64,000 bases of DNA from Octopus sinensis (GCF_006345805.1 NW_021834232.1:43836-107835), one strand, 5' to 3'; shown: positions 1-13,394, counted from the stretch's first letter. Program-made: numbers and translations. The notes: generated by a model from the sequence alone, not told the origin.

Positions 1-2803
1 TTGTCCTCCCCAGGAATTGGACCACCTACCAGTCCCAAATGACGGCAAACTTCAAAGCGTTGAGTCTGGGTGGGGACATGGTTGGGGAGGGTCACCCACT
101 CCAAATGTAGATTAAGGACATGTCGACAGTCCGCCTCCACCAAACCCATTAATCTGTCGACCGCAGAATTAACATCCAAAATGACAATCATCACCAACAC
201 GTGATTGTAACACGTACTCACGGAATTTAAAAAAACGCGGAAATATTCCAAAAAACGGTTCCATTGCCCCACGAGGACTGACTGGGGTACCACCAAGACC
301 AACGCCGTAAAGTCCCTCAAATCCGCGGATATTTCCCTCAAATCACTCCAAATCTCAAATGTTCTCACAACCGAGAAAACCTCCGTTTTATCACCAAAAA
401 CGTGAAAAAACGAAAACAAATCCGACTACATCAAATCACCAAAACACTACTTCCGAGACTTTTCCGTAACTGAAAACCCCCTTGAGCCACATTCTGGTCA
501 ATTGCTCACACAAACTGAACTCCCCGGTGACAAAGCCGAGTACCACTTTAAATATGGCCACCCGGCCAACACAACTCTTTGAGTAGTTTAGCCAGTCATG
601 TCCTCGAGGGAATGGTCCCCCACAGTACTCACAGAGTGACACTGCCCCAAGAGTACCCTCCAAGGGGGACTGAGGGAAAAGGGTGGCATACACAAACATG
701 ACTTTCCACCTCCGGAATACATTGTACTTGATTAGCCTGACACAACGACACGTGGAATCCACAACACTGGCAACCCTCGACTGAATTAGATCACGGTAAA
801 GTAAGGATAGTGATGATTTCACCAGTCTACTGATGATTTCATTAGCAATGTCCTCAATAATGACCCTCCCGGTCTCCAATCTCCTCACCTTTCCACAATA
901 TGTACTGCTAGTGAGTGTGTAAAACAACCTGGACAAGGAATGAGTCACATGGCCTATTAGGGTCTCCCAAATCCTCTCGAATAGATTTGAGGTCACATTC
1001 CCAACCAGCATGCTCTCCTCTCTCGACCTTAAAGCCTTCGTCCTCGCCTTCTCTTCTATCAATCTGCTCACAATGTCCCTACAATATCAAAACAAAACTT
1101 TTACATTATTTTCCCGCCAATTACTTCATTCATTATATTTCCCGCAATTTTAGTTATGGTTGTAAAATTGTGGATTTTGTCTACTTTCCCGCCACTGGGG
1201 ACTGTACTGATGAGCTGGCCATTGGAGTCAAATGATGACGTAACGTCACGAAGCACAACCGATTCTAAATTCCCGCCATTTAAAACGCGGGAAATATTTT
1301 GTGGATATCTCTGGTTGATATAATCCCCGAATTCAATGCACAGTTCGTCGACAAAAAGTTCTATCTGGTCATAAAACTCGTCAGAATCTTCCAGAAAAAG
1401 AAACTCTGAAACTTTCTCCAACAATTCCTCCGAACTGACACATAGCCAATCCCCCAACTTGTCCACACAAACTCTATTCTATAAAATATTATTTTATTTA
1501 AATAATTTGTTCATAATTAATTAAAAATATTTAATTATTTAAAATAGTATTCTTGTGGTACCAAACTTACATTTTCTGACGCCTGTCTGTAGGCGTCCCT
1601 GATGGAACACAGAGCAGTCTCATAAACATGTCTGCAATGATTCCGTGCAATACAGAGCACAAGAACATTCTCAGTCTGACAAACAATCCGAAAAAACCGA
1701 ACAAAATTCCCACAATTATAAGCACTATTAATAGCCAGTGCATCCACCACTTGCGGAGAATTGAGTACACATTCCCGCCATAACAAAACACGACTAGAGT
1801 GGTTAACCTAACATTAACCTGAGGGCAGTCTCGTTGCCCAGGTTCAGCAAAATGTAATAACTCCTAAACTCTGATTCATTACTCTCCAGATTTGGGCGTT
1901 TTAGGTCAGAATACATTTGGTCCAGTGACTGGAGACAGTTCACTAGGCCTTTGATGTTGAGTTTCAAGTCGAAATCAGAGTCATCGTTTGCTCCAAGAAA
2001 GCCCATGGAAAACACGTGGAAACGTGTACATTTCTCCACAAGGGAAATGACGCGGGAACCCACCAATCCTTGTTGTGTAATATCCTTAAATAATTTAATT
2101 AATTTTTAAAATATATAATTAATAAAATAAATAAGTACTTTTTGAATACTTCTAAATCGGTCCCACAAAAAGTTGTACCAGTCATTTTCATTGCCAGAGG
2201 AGAGTTGAGGAACCACTGAGGAGAGAAGGTAGTGCATGGTGTACTCCAGGACACTCAGAGGCCTCAATTCGTGTGGGAGAGGACGGTCCTGCCTTACTAG
2301 AACACTCCCTACCTGGTCAGCCGATGGTCTGCTGTACAACTTAACCATTCTTCGGTGGTCAGCCTCGATGTGGAGCATGTTCTATTATGCTTGATAGTCC
2401 TTACTGAACTGTCCTTTATTTCGAATGGACTGAGCATTCCTTGTACTTCTCGTAGGTAACGTTCTCTCTCCGGACACATGTCAGTCAGAGTTCCTTCAAT
2501 TGTCCCGTCCGCCTTCCTCGACGAGTCTCTTCTCATTAGGGAGTCTCGGTGGTCGAGGATTTTCATTCTTTGTTTGGCTGTGTGTGCTGGGGATTGTAAA
2601 ATTGGGTCGCCTTCTTGTGCTTCGGGCATTGGAGGGTTCTTTCCAAATATTCCGGAATCTCCATTAATCAGAATTAGAGTACATTGGGATGTGTTCGAGA
2701 AGAGGGATTTGTCATTTTGGGGTTGTTTATTAGATAAGTCCTCGTTCTTCTTTAATGTGTCGAATAAAGTTGAATTATTCGTTGTGTAGTCATATGGGTC
2801 CAT
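1..2803 (-). CDS. MCM3AP: SAC3/GANP-family mRNA export factor (MCM3AP-like), multi-exon, runs off the left edge
   Basis: Splicing GT-AG introns at 2382-2404 (23 nt), 2289-2312 (24), 2085-2138 (54), 1794-1818 (25), 1479-1570 (92), 1079-1104 (26) and 426-450 (25) joins the ORF fragments into one frame. Motifs: GTLTDMCPERERYLRE, VKLYSRPSADQ|DRPLPHELRP, WYNFLWDRFRSIQK|DITQQ, ESEFRSYYILLNL (SAC3/GANP domain). Confidence 0.88.
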
Positions 2804-2895
2804 TTATCCCCACAACAACTAAATATGTTTAAAGTATTTTTATTGTTTATTTAAGCTTAACTAAATAATGTAAATATATTATATAAATAGGAATA

Positions 2896-4330
2896 CTAGG
2901 TGCGGTAGAATGCTGAATAGCTCATATCTTAGACGGCATAACGAAGTAGTCAGATGTATTCACTTACATCCAGTGTTCCCTCTAAGCTGCGCGCGTGCGC
3001 GGCCGCGCATCAGTTTGCACCTTGCTGCGCAGCGAAATTTTTTTCTGCGCAGTAGAAAGTATAATATTAAAAATTGCTATTTTTTTTAATTTTTTATATG
3101 AATTTATATATTCTTATTTTCATTTGAAGGACCATACCGACATGAAAATTGTCCATCGAACACTGGAGTCTCTTGTAGAGGCAAGTGGGAGGGATCGTGG
3201 AGATGGACCACAAGCATTTCACCGTACATACAGAAAGTGTGTGGGGTCACGGTCTGAACATCGTGAAAAGATGGCTAGACTGTTGAGAAGTGTCGGAATC
3301 ACCTGAACACGTTAGTTAATGGTTAAGACGGTGATTCTGTTTTTGGCTTAAATAATAATAATAATAATAATTTCAAAACGAAAACGTGTCTATAACCTGG
3401 ATTTAGTTTGATGAACTGTATCAAAACTAAACTACGTAATAGACTTGAGATTGACCATTTGGAGATGATCATGCGAATCAAGTTCTATTTAACAAGTGGG
3501 AATACAGTGGATCTTGATCGAGTATACAAATTTTGGATACAAAATAAAAACAGAAGAGAATATCCAATTGACTAGACCTATTTTTTTAACCATTGGTTTT
3601 TTAATTGTAAAATTTTCCCCCCCCAAAAAATTTTTTGCACACTTCACTTTATAACGCTGCACAATGCAATGTGCCCAGCGCGCATAGCTACCACTCGCTT
3701 AGAGGGAACACTGCTTACATCTCTCTCGTCAATATGGAATAAGGAAAACTAAGAAACTAAAGACACACTCAGTTCAATCTGTTGTTAGCAATGAATTTGT
3801 GGAGATTCGTGTGGATACTACGATTAGTACGGATACAGCTGTGGCGAATAACAAACCTGATATATTTGTTCATGACAAAATGAGGAATACAATTACTCTA
3901 ATCGAAGTTGGGATTACTTCGCAAAATTGCCTCAAGCAGGTCGAAGTTGAGAAGTTCCACAAATATGACTTATTGACAAATGAACTTGAAGCATTTCATC
4001 ACGCAAAAGTGAAAGTAATCCCTGTTGTAATGACCTGAGATGGAATTGTCTCAAGATTTTTCAAGGGTCATCTTGATGTCCTCAAGCTGGAAGAAAGAGT
4101 GAGAGCATATATTCAGACAGTGGTTCTGAGGAAGACATTGGAGAGTATGCAGGCTGAAGAGAGGCATGGTATATCGATACCTAGTGAGGAGAAAGCTGAC
4201 ACGGAATGTCAACCAAGGGCAGTCTCAGAATGTAGAGTGTGCTTCGACGAGAACACACCCATACGGTCACTGGATTATGGGCCCAAAAAGAGAAGATTAA
4301 GCTAATTAATTAATTACTTTAACATGGATT
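2896..4330 (+). mobile_element. 3' fragment of R4/Dong-like RLE non-LTR retrotransposon, interrupted by a hAT MITE
   Basis: RMLNSSYLRRHNEVVRCIHLH [MITE] LSRQYG...NKPDIFVHDK...IEVGITS...EKFHKYDLL...VIPVVMT*DGIV. The frame is restored when 2971-3721 is removed. Confidence 0.85.
2971..3713. mobile_element. Non-autonomous hAT element (MITE)
   Basis: Perfect 17-bp TIR CAGTGTTCCCTCTAAGC / GCTTAGAGGGAACACTG; 8-bp TSD CTTACATC at 2963-2970 and 3714-3721. Confidence 0.93.
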
Positions 4331-4386
4331 TGTATTGTTCAAAAAAATAACAATAAATAAATAGGAATATATTAAAGAATTAAATT

Positions 4387-4712
4387 TTTAATTAATTCTT
4401 AAAAGAAATAGTGAGGGGAAACAGGATCGCCATCAGTTCTTCTTTACATACATTACATTAGATTAATTGATTTCTTATTCTAATAATAAGCACGTCAAAT
4501 AAAAAATTCTTAAAATATCAGTAAATTTTAAAAGCAACTCAAAGGTTTTAAAAGCAACTTAAAGGTTTTAAAAGCAACTCTATTAGTAATACTAACTAAT
4601 AATTATTGTCGTAAGTCGTAAGTTAAAATCAATTAATCTAATGTAATGTATGTAAAGAAGAACTGATGGCGATCCTGTTTCCCCTCACTATTTCTTTTAA
4701 GAATTAATTAAA
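4387..4712. repeat. 87-bp perfect inverted repeat (4387-4473 / 4626-4712)
   Basis: TTTAATTAATTCTTAAAAGAAATAGTGAGGGGAAACAGGATCGCC...GATTAATTGATTT is reverse-complemented at 4626-4712. Confidence 0.92.
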
Positions 4713-6328
4713 TCGGATTTATCACTCCAAATCATCTAAATTCTTTGTTTAAGATCTGAAATTCTTAATGATTACTTTTGTTAATTCAATAATTTTTTAA
4801 ATTATTAAAATTTGAAAAAAGTAACTCAGTTAACAAGAACGCGGAAATTAAACAAAGAAATTTTCATCAATCAGGTGATTGAGCGTCATAGTAACGAACA
4901 TAAAAATGTAACATTACCTATGCGAATTTTTTTTTGAATTGAAATGTTTATTTTCTATAATAAAAATTACAAACATTGTCCCAAACAGTCTCGTATAATA
5001 TAAATTCAGTTTTCAACAGAGTCTGTATTCAACCGCTACATATGATTCTGTGCAAACTCTTCCGGTCCTTATTTATGTGACGAAAAGGGTTTAGACGAGA
5101 TGACCTTCTTCCAGTATAGAAGCAACGTCTCCTATGTCGAATAAAACAAAGCAAAAGTTCACTTATATTATGAAACAATTTTTAAAGAAACATTACAAAT
5201 TGATTGAATATAAAATGAAAATGTAATTTTTTAAAAGTTAATTTTTTTAATCATTGACTTTGGAATTGTCTTCCTTTCACCAGATGTGCAATTCTCAACG
5301 AGAACGGAATGCAGAGAAACTTCTTCCACTACTAGAAATTGTTCCTTGCTAAAAAAACTAGTGAGTGGATATTTTCTTGTTTTTATATTTTTATCGAAAT
5401 CAATTTTAATTGTAACATTATTTTCAATTGTGATATCTTTTTTTCGAAAATTTTTATTTGCGTCTTCTGTAACTTTTCTTTTATACTTTTCATTATGAGT
5501 TTTTACTTCTAAGGATAATTCCGTTTCTTCCGATTCTGAGTTAATCTCTTCTTCTGCGCCTCCACATGGCAAAACATTAAAACCCGTTATTCCGTAAAAT
5601 AGACTGGGTAAATAAAAAGAGACTAACCAAAATATTGACTTTCCAGTTGCGCGATGACAAGTTATGTTGTATTTATACACCACCTTCTCTAGAATTTCTC
5701 TCCACCTTATAGATTCTGTTGCGAACAAAGTCTTCCCCAACCAACGTTTGAGAGTTTGGTTATATCTTTCTATTTGTCCTTGAGATTGTGGGTGCCTTGG
5801 TCTTCCATATATCGGAGTTATTTTCCAATCATCAAAAAGTTTTGAAACTTCTTTGTTGCGGAATTCCTTTCCATTGTCCGAATGAAAATAAATTGGAGGA
5901 CCGACAGTCTGGAATAAACTCTCAATTGCATTATAGATGCTTTGTGATGTTTTATTCTCTAACGCGAATGACCATGCAAACTTTGTGTATGCATCGATGA
6001 CAGTAAGTATCCATTTAAAATTGTCATTATTTGCAGAATACCGCCTTAGATCTATACAGTCGGCGATAAATCTTTCGTATTTTTTTTCCACAGAAATTAT
6101 TCTGATAATTTCACAAGTACTTAAAGAGTTAAATGATTGGCACGGTATGCATTTTGATACAAAATCACGAATTATACATTGTTTAATTCCAATATATTTT
6201 TGAGCCGGTTAACCAAAATTAGGCGACACAAATAAAATTTATTCCCAAAATCATAATGATTTGGAGTGATAAATCCGATTTATCACTCCGGACACTTAGA
6301 ACTGGCCCGGACGCTATAACTTACGACA
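4607..6328 (-). mobile_element. Ginger2/TDD-like integrase DNA transposon, 5' part of the ORF deleted
   Basis: Ends TGTCGTAAGT / ACTTACGACA; 5-bp TSD ATTAT (4602-4606, 6329-6333). Subterminal IR TAAATCGGATTTATCACTCCAAATCAT. Retroviral-type integrase core (DCIDL, VIDAYTKF, HSDNGKEF, PRHPQSQGQIERYNQT) at 5231-~6215 with a 24-nt intron at 5604-5627. Confidence 0.85.
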
Positions 6329-6910
6329 ATTATTATTATTATTAGCACTTCCCGTAGGAACATAAACAAGGAAAGGAAAGAGTTATATCCCCACACGTGC
6401 CACACACGATACAATCTTCTTAACCATCGTTTGCCATCCTCTGCGGTTTTGTGCAGGCCATCGCAGTTCGTCCAAGTCATCGCATTGTTTCAAGGTTTTG
6501 CCCACGTGTTTCAGATCGTGTTCCAGAGCAACCGGCAGTGTTGTGCTGGGACGTCCGCGAAACTTTGGGCTATCCGAGAGAAAGTACTCTTCCATGGCTT
6601 GGTATGCAGGTGAGGACGGGTCCATTCTCAGGACGTGTCCGAAGAGCCTCCAGCGGCCATCTATGATGTCCTGGCTGACTGGCACCGAGTTACTGAGTTT
6701 GTAGAGCGATGAGTTGTTATTTTTTTTAGGCCAATGCAGGCCATTTAGGACGCGAAGCTGTTTTCTGTGAAACGAGTCAAGATTCTTTAGTTCGGTGTCA
6801 GAGATGCCCCATGTAGATGAGTTGTACAGTAGTACCGGTTTGACAAAAGCGTTGTAGATTCTAGAGCGTAGTGATGGGTTCCCGGGACAATATCGTAGCC
6901 AATCTTTAAT
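6329..6910 (-). mobile_element. 5'-truncated RTE-clade LINE, 3' end with (TAA)n tail
   Basis: RIYNAFVKPVLLYNSSTW...RWRLFGHVLRM...RGRPSTT...R..W (RTE C-terminus); TAATAATAATAAT tail at ~6329-6344. Confidence 0.85.
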
Positions 6911-7104
6911 GAATTGATACGATAAAGGATAGAATTGATAGCCTGTCCGGTTGTACTGTGTGTGTTTTAGACATTGTGCAAGAAACTAACTAATAAATTC
7001 TATTTATTATCTAAAAAATATATTAATTTAATTATTTTTAATATAATATTACATAATTTTTATATAAAAAATAAAATAAATAAATTATCCAATACTCTTG
7101 TGCA

Positions 7105-9233
7105 ATGTGTTCCTACGTCTTGGTAATGGCCAATTACAACCCCTTAAATGAATCAGAAGTGTATGATAAAGTACTTAAATAAACAAACCCCAGTTTTCTA
7201 AAATAATCATCAAAGCCGATTTCAGCAAAATGGACTCTGTGTGCAGAGAACTCTGCGAAAAGTACTCAAACGTCCTCCCCTACTTGTTCGACATGGCAAT
7301 GGACCCAAACCTTACCTCAGGAATAGGAATCCTCGTCTACGACAAACTCATACAGTTTGCCTCAGTTTAATTATAACTTAATTAATAAATTAGAACTACA
7401 TAATTTACGAAATTGCGCCCACCACGACGGATCACTGTGTTGCCGCCTATTATACAATGAGGGAGAGGTTCGCCAACCGAGAATTCCAATTGCTCGTCCC
7501 GCTTTATCGGTGGATTGAAAATTACATATTTTTGCTGCGTTATTCCCGCTTTTTTACAAGTTAGCTCACGACTTTCGACAGCAGTGTTACTGTATGGTAT
7601 TCGAGGCACTGTTTGGGCAGTCGAAGGTAACTCACTTGATGTGAATGTGCTAGTTTAGGGAGTGCAGGTCAATTCTTTACTTTATGCAGGCCAATCTCGA
7701 CGAAATGAGTCCAATTCTTGAAGAAAGGCAGGTCGCAGAAGCAGAGATTCAGTACAACAAAGTACATATTTAAAATATATTATTAATTAAATAAATTTAC
7801 ATTTTATTAATAAATTAATATATTTTATAATTAATTTAGTACAATGTTCGTCTCAAATTGGTGGACCGCAATACTTCACCTCTGCTGTCAGATCAAGAGC
7901 TGGAGACCGCCTCTTCATGTGATGATTACGTAATAACCATGTGTAAGCCAATCCAGATATCAGAAAACATTGAGTTGTTGAACAACAAGGCAATCCGGGC
8001 TATATTCTCCGGGAAGCCTGAGGAGGCCCTTCGATATTTGGAGAAAATTGAAAACCCACCTTTGATCATAACTTACAACATCACAATAGCCCGCCTTTTT
8101 GTTGCAAAAGACCGCGCAATTGATTTATCATCGATTTTATCGACGTGCATTGTGGACAATTATGGGTCACTTTATTATGAGTTGGATTCGGAGAATGTGG
8201 ACGTGAGACGAGCCCTGGGAGTACTCCGTTTGTTTGCCCACCGAAATGAGTCGTCCATCCACTTTCTCCTCCGGGCAATGCGAGTGAACAACCCGGTGGA
8301 TCTCCTACGGGTAGGGGAGGCGATATCTCTAAGGAGTGACACGACTTGTTGGAATATGGAGCGACTGTTTGGCCGTGGGTTTATTGAGCGGATTTATATT
8401 CCCCGTCGACACAAGGAGACGATTCCCATTTTCTATTCCTTCATCCGAACCCCGAATGTGGAGACTGATGTGAAGAAATTTGGGATATCCCTCGAGTTGT
8501 TGTTGAGGGCCAAAGCACTGGTCGACATTGGAATAGCCCATTTTCTTGAGGGGGACTCCATGGTTCTGAAAAACGACGTATACGACCACTACTCTGACAT
8601 TAAAATGTGGCAGGACAACCTCATTGATGTCAACCTGGCCATAATGCTCCAAATTGCCTATGTGACACTCTCCCTTGGCTTCTATGTGTTGTGTCAGACA
8701 ATGTGTACTCATATCCTCGCTCTCAGTGAGGCCAAAAAACATCAAAGGTATCTACATGTTTTATTTGTGGGTTTTTGGCCTACCTTTATTTGGCTGAAGT
8801 GCGATTGTACTATGAGAGTGATCCAGAAGGGAGTCTGAAGGCGATTGACGAGGCTACGGAGATGTTTGAACTGATGAAGACAGACAAGACAGACTCTTCC
8901 CGTGCTCTCATATGGCGGGAACATCCATTTTTTGATAATATTAAAAAAATGTGGGTTGTGTTGGCCCACAATCGAGCCTTTATTTTGTGTGCGTGTGAGA
9001 AGTACGACGAAGCCAAGGCCGTGTTGACCAAACTGAAGGAAGTGAAGGAGTTAAATAGCAACAAGTCGTGTGTGGATAATGTCAGTACGGCCGGTTATGT
9101 GTTCACTTTGGAGCTTTTCTTGGACTATCAACTGGCCGCTAATGGTAGGGTTGTGTGTTTATTTGTAGACGATTATTTGTGGCTTGATTATATTCGGAGG
9201 GAGTCATTCCATCATTCTAAATTGAATGAATGA
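7105..9233 (+). CDS. CNOT10: CCR4-NOT subunit 10-like TPR protein, ~632 aa after splicing
   Basis: Introns 7171-7193 (23), 7365-7393 (29), 7539-7564 (26), 7627-7653 (27), 7762-7839 (78), 8748-8770 (23, GT-GG) and 9145-9168 (24) give one frame. AYVTLSLG...FLAYLYLAE resembles CNOT10 AYVALALG...FLGHLYAAE; LYRWIENYIFLLPHDFRQQC and HNRAFILCACEKYDEAK also align by eye. Confidence 0.72.
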
Positions 9234-9579
9234 TTCTATTATTTGTTTGTGGCTACGCTTTTACTCTTTTTTGATATATTAATTAGACCAAGTGATGTTT
9301 TCCCAACAAACGTTCTGACATGTTTTGTCTTGTGGATATTACCCAAATGAGCTAAGGAAAATATTTGTGGATTCTTAAAGAACCGTCACTGAGTATTTTG
9401 TAAGATGATATGGATCGAGAGAGGATATAAAGTTAAAGTCGATACAAAAAAATGAGCAATTGGTATTGTTCTGCATTATTTTGATTACTTTTTATATCGT
9501 TGTACTATTTTCTTGTGAATGACTCATTTAATGTGAAATTAGGTTCATTCCAATGTATACTGCGAATTCATTCTCAATG

Positions 9580-9903
9580 TATACTGATAAAATTATTATT
9601 ACTAAAGCAAAGGAATTTGGACAAAAGCTAAATATTCAAGACCTGCAATTTAACAAAGGATAGCTATATAGATTCAAAAATCGGTTCAATTTGAAATTGA
9701 AAGTTCTTCACGGAGAAATAAATTCAATGTATAAAACACTATACAAAGAACTTTATTTGATTTTTTCAATTAATAATTGTGTTTATAAACAGATTAGTAA
9801 TTTGATCATTTAGCTAACAATCATATAAATTTTAGATTCCGATTCCTTCATAATCCGAAGGGAAAGTCGATTTGAATTTTTCGGATTAACGAGGGTTGAC
9901 GTA
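9580..9903 (+). mobile_element. Degenerate pogo/Tigger (CENP-B-like HTH) transposase fragment
   Basis: DKIIITKAKEFGQKLNIQDLQFNKG*LYRFKNRFNLKLKVLHGE with an internal stop. Confidence 0.7.
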
Positions 9904-10439
9904 TTCTTCAAGCCGTGGAATAGATATTTGTTTAGCGGAATATTGATTATAATGAATGCTCTGGTTTCTTGTAGTGCTTATCATTTTTTGCATATTGGTA
10001 AATATTTGTTTGCTGTGATTCGGTCAGATAATCAACAAAAAATTGTTATTTTGAATAAACTCAATGAATTTTGATGTTTCTGTAATGAATGATTAGAATT
10101 TAGAAAATGCCTTTTCATGCATTTAATTTTATACAAACAGGGACGACAATATATATCACTGTCACAGTCCCATAATGAAATGCCCTATATCAAATCGACA
10201 AAAAATGACCAAAATCATATCAAAAAAATAAATTAGTATAAATTGCGATCAAAAATGACTAATTTGTTATTCAGAAATTGAATTTCGAGATAGCATGAGC
10301 TGCCTCGAAAGGTTCAGAATGAGGAAACTATATGAATCATTTATATTTGAGAATAAAATTGTATTCATTAATATAACAGTTCGTATAAATTCGACTGGAT
10401 TAATTTTGTTCAGAAAAATGTCTCGATGTGATAGTTATT

Positions 10440-10610
10440 TTTAATAATTCACGATTTCGAATTTCCGGCACATAAGATGGCCTGGTGATCCCCCGGTTGA
10501 TCGCCAACGAGACTCTTTAGAGAAGATAACAAGTCTTGTTGGGGTTGTTGCCTTTCTTGCCGATCTTCGTCCCAAGCCGACGAAGAAAGCGTTTCCGGGC
10601 CGATTACTCT
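10440..10610 (-). mobile_element. Degenerate CRE-like RLE 3' end
   Basis: Frameshifted (G)VIGPETLSF.RRLGTKIG...RVSLAINRG, homologous to the 3' ends of the other CRE-like copies here. Confidence 0.55.
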
Positions 10611-11269
10611 CAATCAGTATTTACCATCCTTCGCTGCACCTTTGGAGTTAGCTTTCGAGAGTCTCTATGAATAGACTGAACTTTCCCAATTTGGAATTTG
10701 AGTTCCTCTAGGCAATTTCTGATCTTGCACTCTGGAAGAGTCGCATCTCCCTTGCACATTGTTATTTCGTTGGCATAAACTGGAGCACTTTGCCGAGTAC
10801 CTCTCATTGAATTTCTTCAGGACAAGGTTACAACCACCCATACACCATTGACATTTCCGATGATCGCAGAAAGAGAATGCAAGTTAGTTTTGGCAGCATC
10901 ACAAACAAGATCTTGTATTACAACATTAGCTCTTGTGACATTATGAGGTCCCACAGGCGACGGTCCTGTCTTTTTTAAACTATTTTAATTTGCAGGAAGG
11001 CCCATAGGTTTCGTTTTCCTTAACTGCTTGGAAACGTACATGCATTCACCACAACAACTAAATTATTAATGACGAGGTTCATAAACGAATTATTGCTCAG
11101 AACGCCATTCAAAATATGAAGATAGAATAAATGAAACAGCATTTGACCACTTATTATGGAATTAATAAACTGAAAGAATTATTATTTCACTATCAAAAAG
11201 TCTATTATATGTGAAGTATGTTCCGAATGCACAGCATGTGCACAAAGCCAACTTTTATAAGCTCCGATT

Positions 11270-11830
11270 TCTATGATTCAGATTAAAGAGAAGTTTTCTC
11301 AAGAAAGATTTCAAATGGACTTGGTGGATTTAAGTCGATGGTCCAAGCCAATTATGTCTTTAAATATATATTTAATATCATTGACGTACATTCCAAATTT
11401 TGTTTTGCAAAAGCTATCGTCTCTAAAGTGGCAACTGCTATTAGTTAAGCTTTAAGAATTATCTTTTATTGTTTTGACATCCTCAGACTTTAACATCTGA
11501 CAATGGGAATGGAGTTCAAAAATTAACTAGTAAATTCTTTATACACAGAATTTAACATTTTAAAATAGTTTAGTTGTCCAAGGCATCCCCAGTCCCAGGG
11601 CCAAGTAGAATGTTGTAACCAAACGTTAACTCGTTGGTTACAAAATAAAGAATGGATTTCATGTTTGGACTTGGTAGTGTACAATTATAATAAAAGCTTG
11701 AATTCTTTCACGAATAAAACCCCTTTTAATCTATTTCATGGAAGTAAAGGATACAACACGTTTATGGTGAACAAAGACAATGCTTTAATTTTATTATTTT
11801 TAGATAGAGATGAAAGTGAAAATGAATGTT
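11270..11830 (+). mobile_element. Degenerate Ginger2-like integrase remnant
   Basis: QERFQMDLVDLSR, and RHPQSQGQVECCNQTLTRW with stops and frameshifts. Confidence 0.7.
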
Positions 11831-11889
11831 AGAATTAAATACAATGATGACGAGAAACATGAAGCAAATAAAAGTGTAAACAATATACT

Positions 11890-12080
11890 TTTTATGTTTA
11901 GATATCTATGAAATCAATAATGAAAAATATTTCCATAGAATGCAGATGGACATGGGATGGACTGGTCGCCAAATACCACAAGCGGTACTTAAGACAGCTG
12001 GGTGTTGATAAGTCTCTACAGGCTTATATGCAGTCAACTGTTCTTAAGAGGACTCTGAGAGTGTCTCGTTTGATGCTCGC
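11890..12080 (+). mobile_element. R4/Dong-like RLE retrotransposon 3' remnant
   Basis: TWDGLVAKYHKRYLRQLGVDKSLQAYMQSTVLKRTL matches the C-terminus of the 26.1-29.5 kb element. Confidence 0.65.
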
Positions 12081-12559
12081 CGATTCAGTCCTTTCCTACA
12101 TTTACTTAGTGAGATGCGCTAGACTGCACTTTCTCGACGATCTACAGTGCCACATGTCAATTAGCAATCAGAAGCACATCACACCGATTCAATTCTTCTC
12201 GAAAATTGTTCCCGTCCGTTCCGCACTTGCGTTGGGTCCAGAGTTCAACATCGAGAAAATTTAAGAAAGTCCTTCAGGATTGTTGGAATCACCCAATTAA
12301 TTACTCCAATTAATTGTTGGTTATTCTTGAGTTAAATAAAAATAATCCAATCATGCATTTTCAGACAGTGCACTTCCTGTTATCTTCGATGGTCAACGGT
12401 GAGTAGGTAAAAACCATTAAAGTAAGCGTTCATTCTTTTGGAAAATTACTATGGAGCTCGTTTCTACATAAATTTTATAAAAATCTCCGGTGTGAGTAAG
12501 ACACCTGCTTTATATTGGAAGTCCGAATAATTGATTTAGTTCAATTTATTTTTAAGGAG

Positions 12560-12870
12560 TATCATCATAAAAATGATATTTATGTGGCCCAATTTATCTG
12601 TCAGGTTTGGAGGACTAGATAATATCCTACCTGAACTAATAAAGTACGCGCCAATGAAGCTTGCTAGAACCATTGCAAACATCCTGAACAAAGAATTTGA
12701 GCAGAATAGCCTATTAGACCTCAGCAAAAGATGGTTAGTTCCACTAAAGAAACCCGGAAAAAAGAGAAACCATACCCAACTTAAGACCTATTAGCCTAGT
12801 ATCGACGCTTCGGATAACACTCTCACTGGTTGCATTAGAAAGAATAAGAACTAAGATGGCAAATTTTCTT
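12560..12870 (+). mobile_element. RTE-like reverse-transcriptase fragment
   Basis: GLDNILPELIKYAP...LVPLKKPGK...(frameshift)RPISL. Confidence 0.65.
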
Positions 12871-13127
12871 TGGGTCAAAACTTATAGTTACATAAATTTT
12901 TTTAAATCTGCTTCATATGGGAAGTGCAAATAATTAATCTGACTTAAAGTATATTTAAGGAGTATCATTCGAAAAATGATATTTGTATGGCATAATTAGT
13001 GCAATAATTGATTTCTAAAATATAAATTTAGTAAACTAGTAAATATTAAATACGTGCCAAAAATCGAGTTATTTTATAACTGTCTGTAAATTTAATTTTA
13101 TTATGAGAAAGAAAATATAAGTTAATT

Positions 13128-13320
13128 AAGGTTGCTTAAGAGCAGAAAGGATAGCGTGGCTATTACCCCTGACAACGGTTGTTGAAAGGCGTTGAAACAG
13201 CCATTCGGTCTCCCTTCTATCTTTCGTCTGAACCGAGATCAGGGATCCAAGTTTCCTAATGAAGGAGATTGATTCCGGACCGATGACTCCACAATAATCG
13301 GTTGCACTATGAACCTAAGT
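13128..13320 (-). mobile_element. CRE-like RLE 3' end fragment
   Basis: GVIGPESISFIRKLGSLISVQTKDRRETEWLFQRLSTTVVRGN. Confidence 0.75.
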
Positions 13321-13394
13321 CTGTAAATTATAGTTCACTTACATAATTGTCTGGAAATACTACAATTATTTTTGTGATTATAATCAATTCCACG

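Noticed and set aside
3130-3370. ORF inside the hAT MITE followed by (AAT)n, possibly a captured LINE 3' end
   Set aside because: No diagnostic motif could be read in any frame.
4709-6282. TAAATCGGATTTATCACTCC inverted repeat as the element termini
   Set aside because: No TSD there; the TGT...ACA ends at 4607/6328 have a 5-bp TSD.
7382-7767. Minus-strand gene (ORF 7382-7609)
   Set aside because: The same bases form in-frame plus-strand CNOT10 exons with consistent splice phases; I could not build a consistent spliced minus-strand model.
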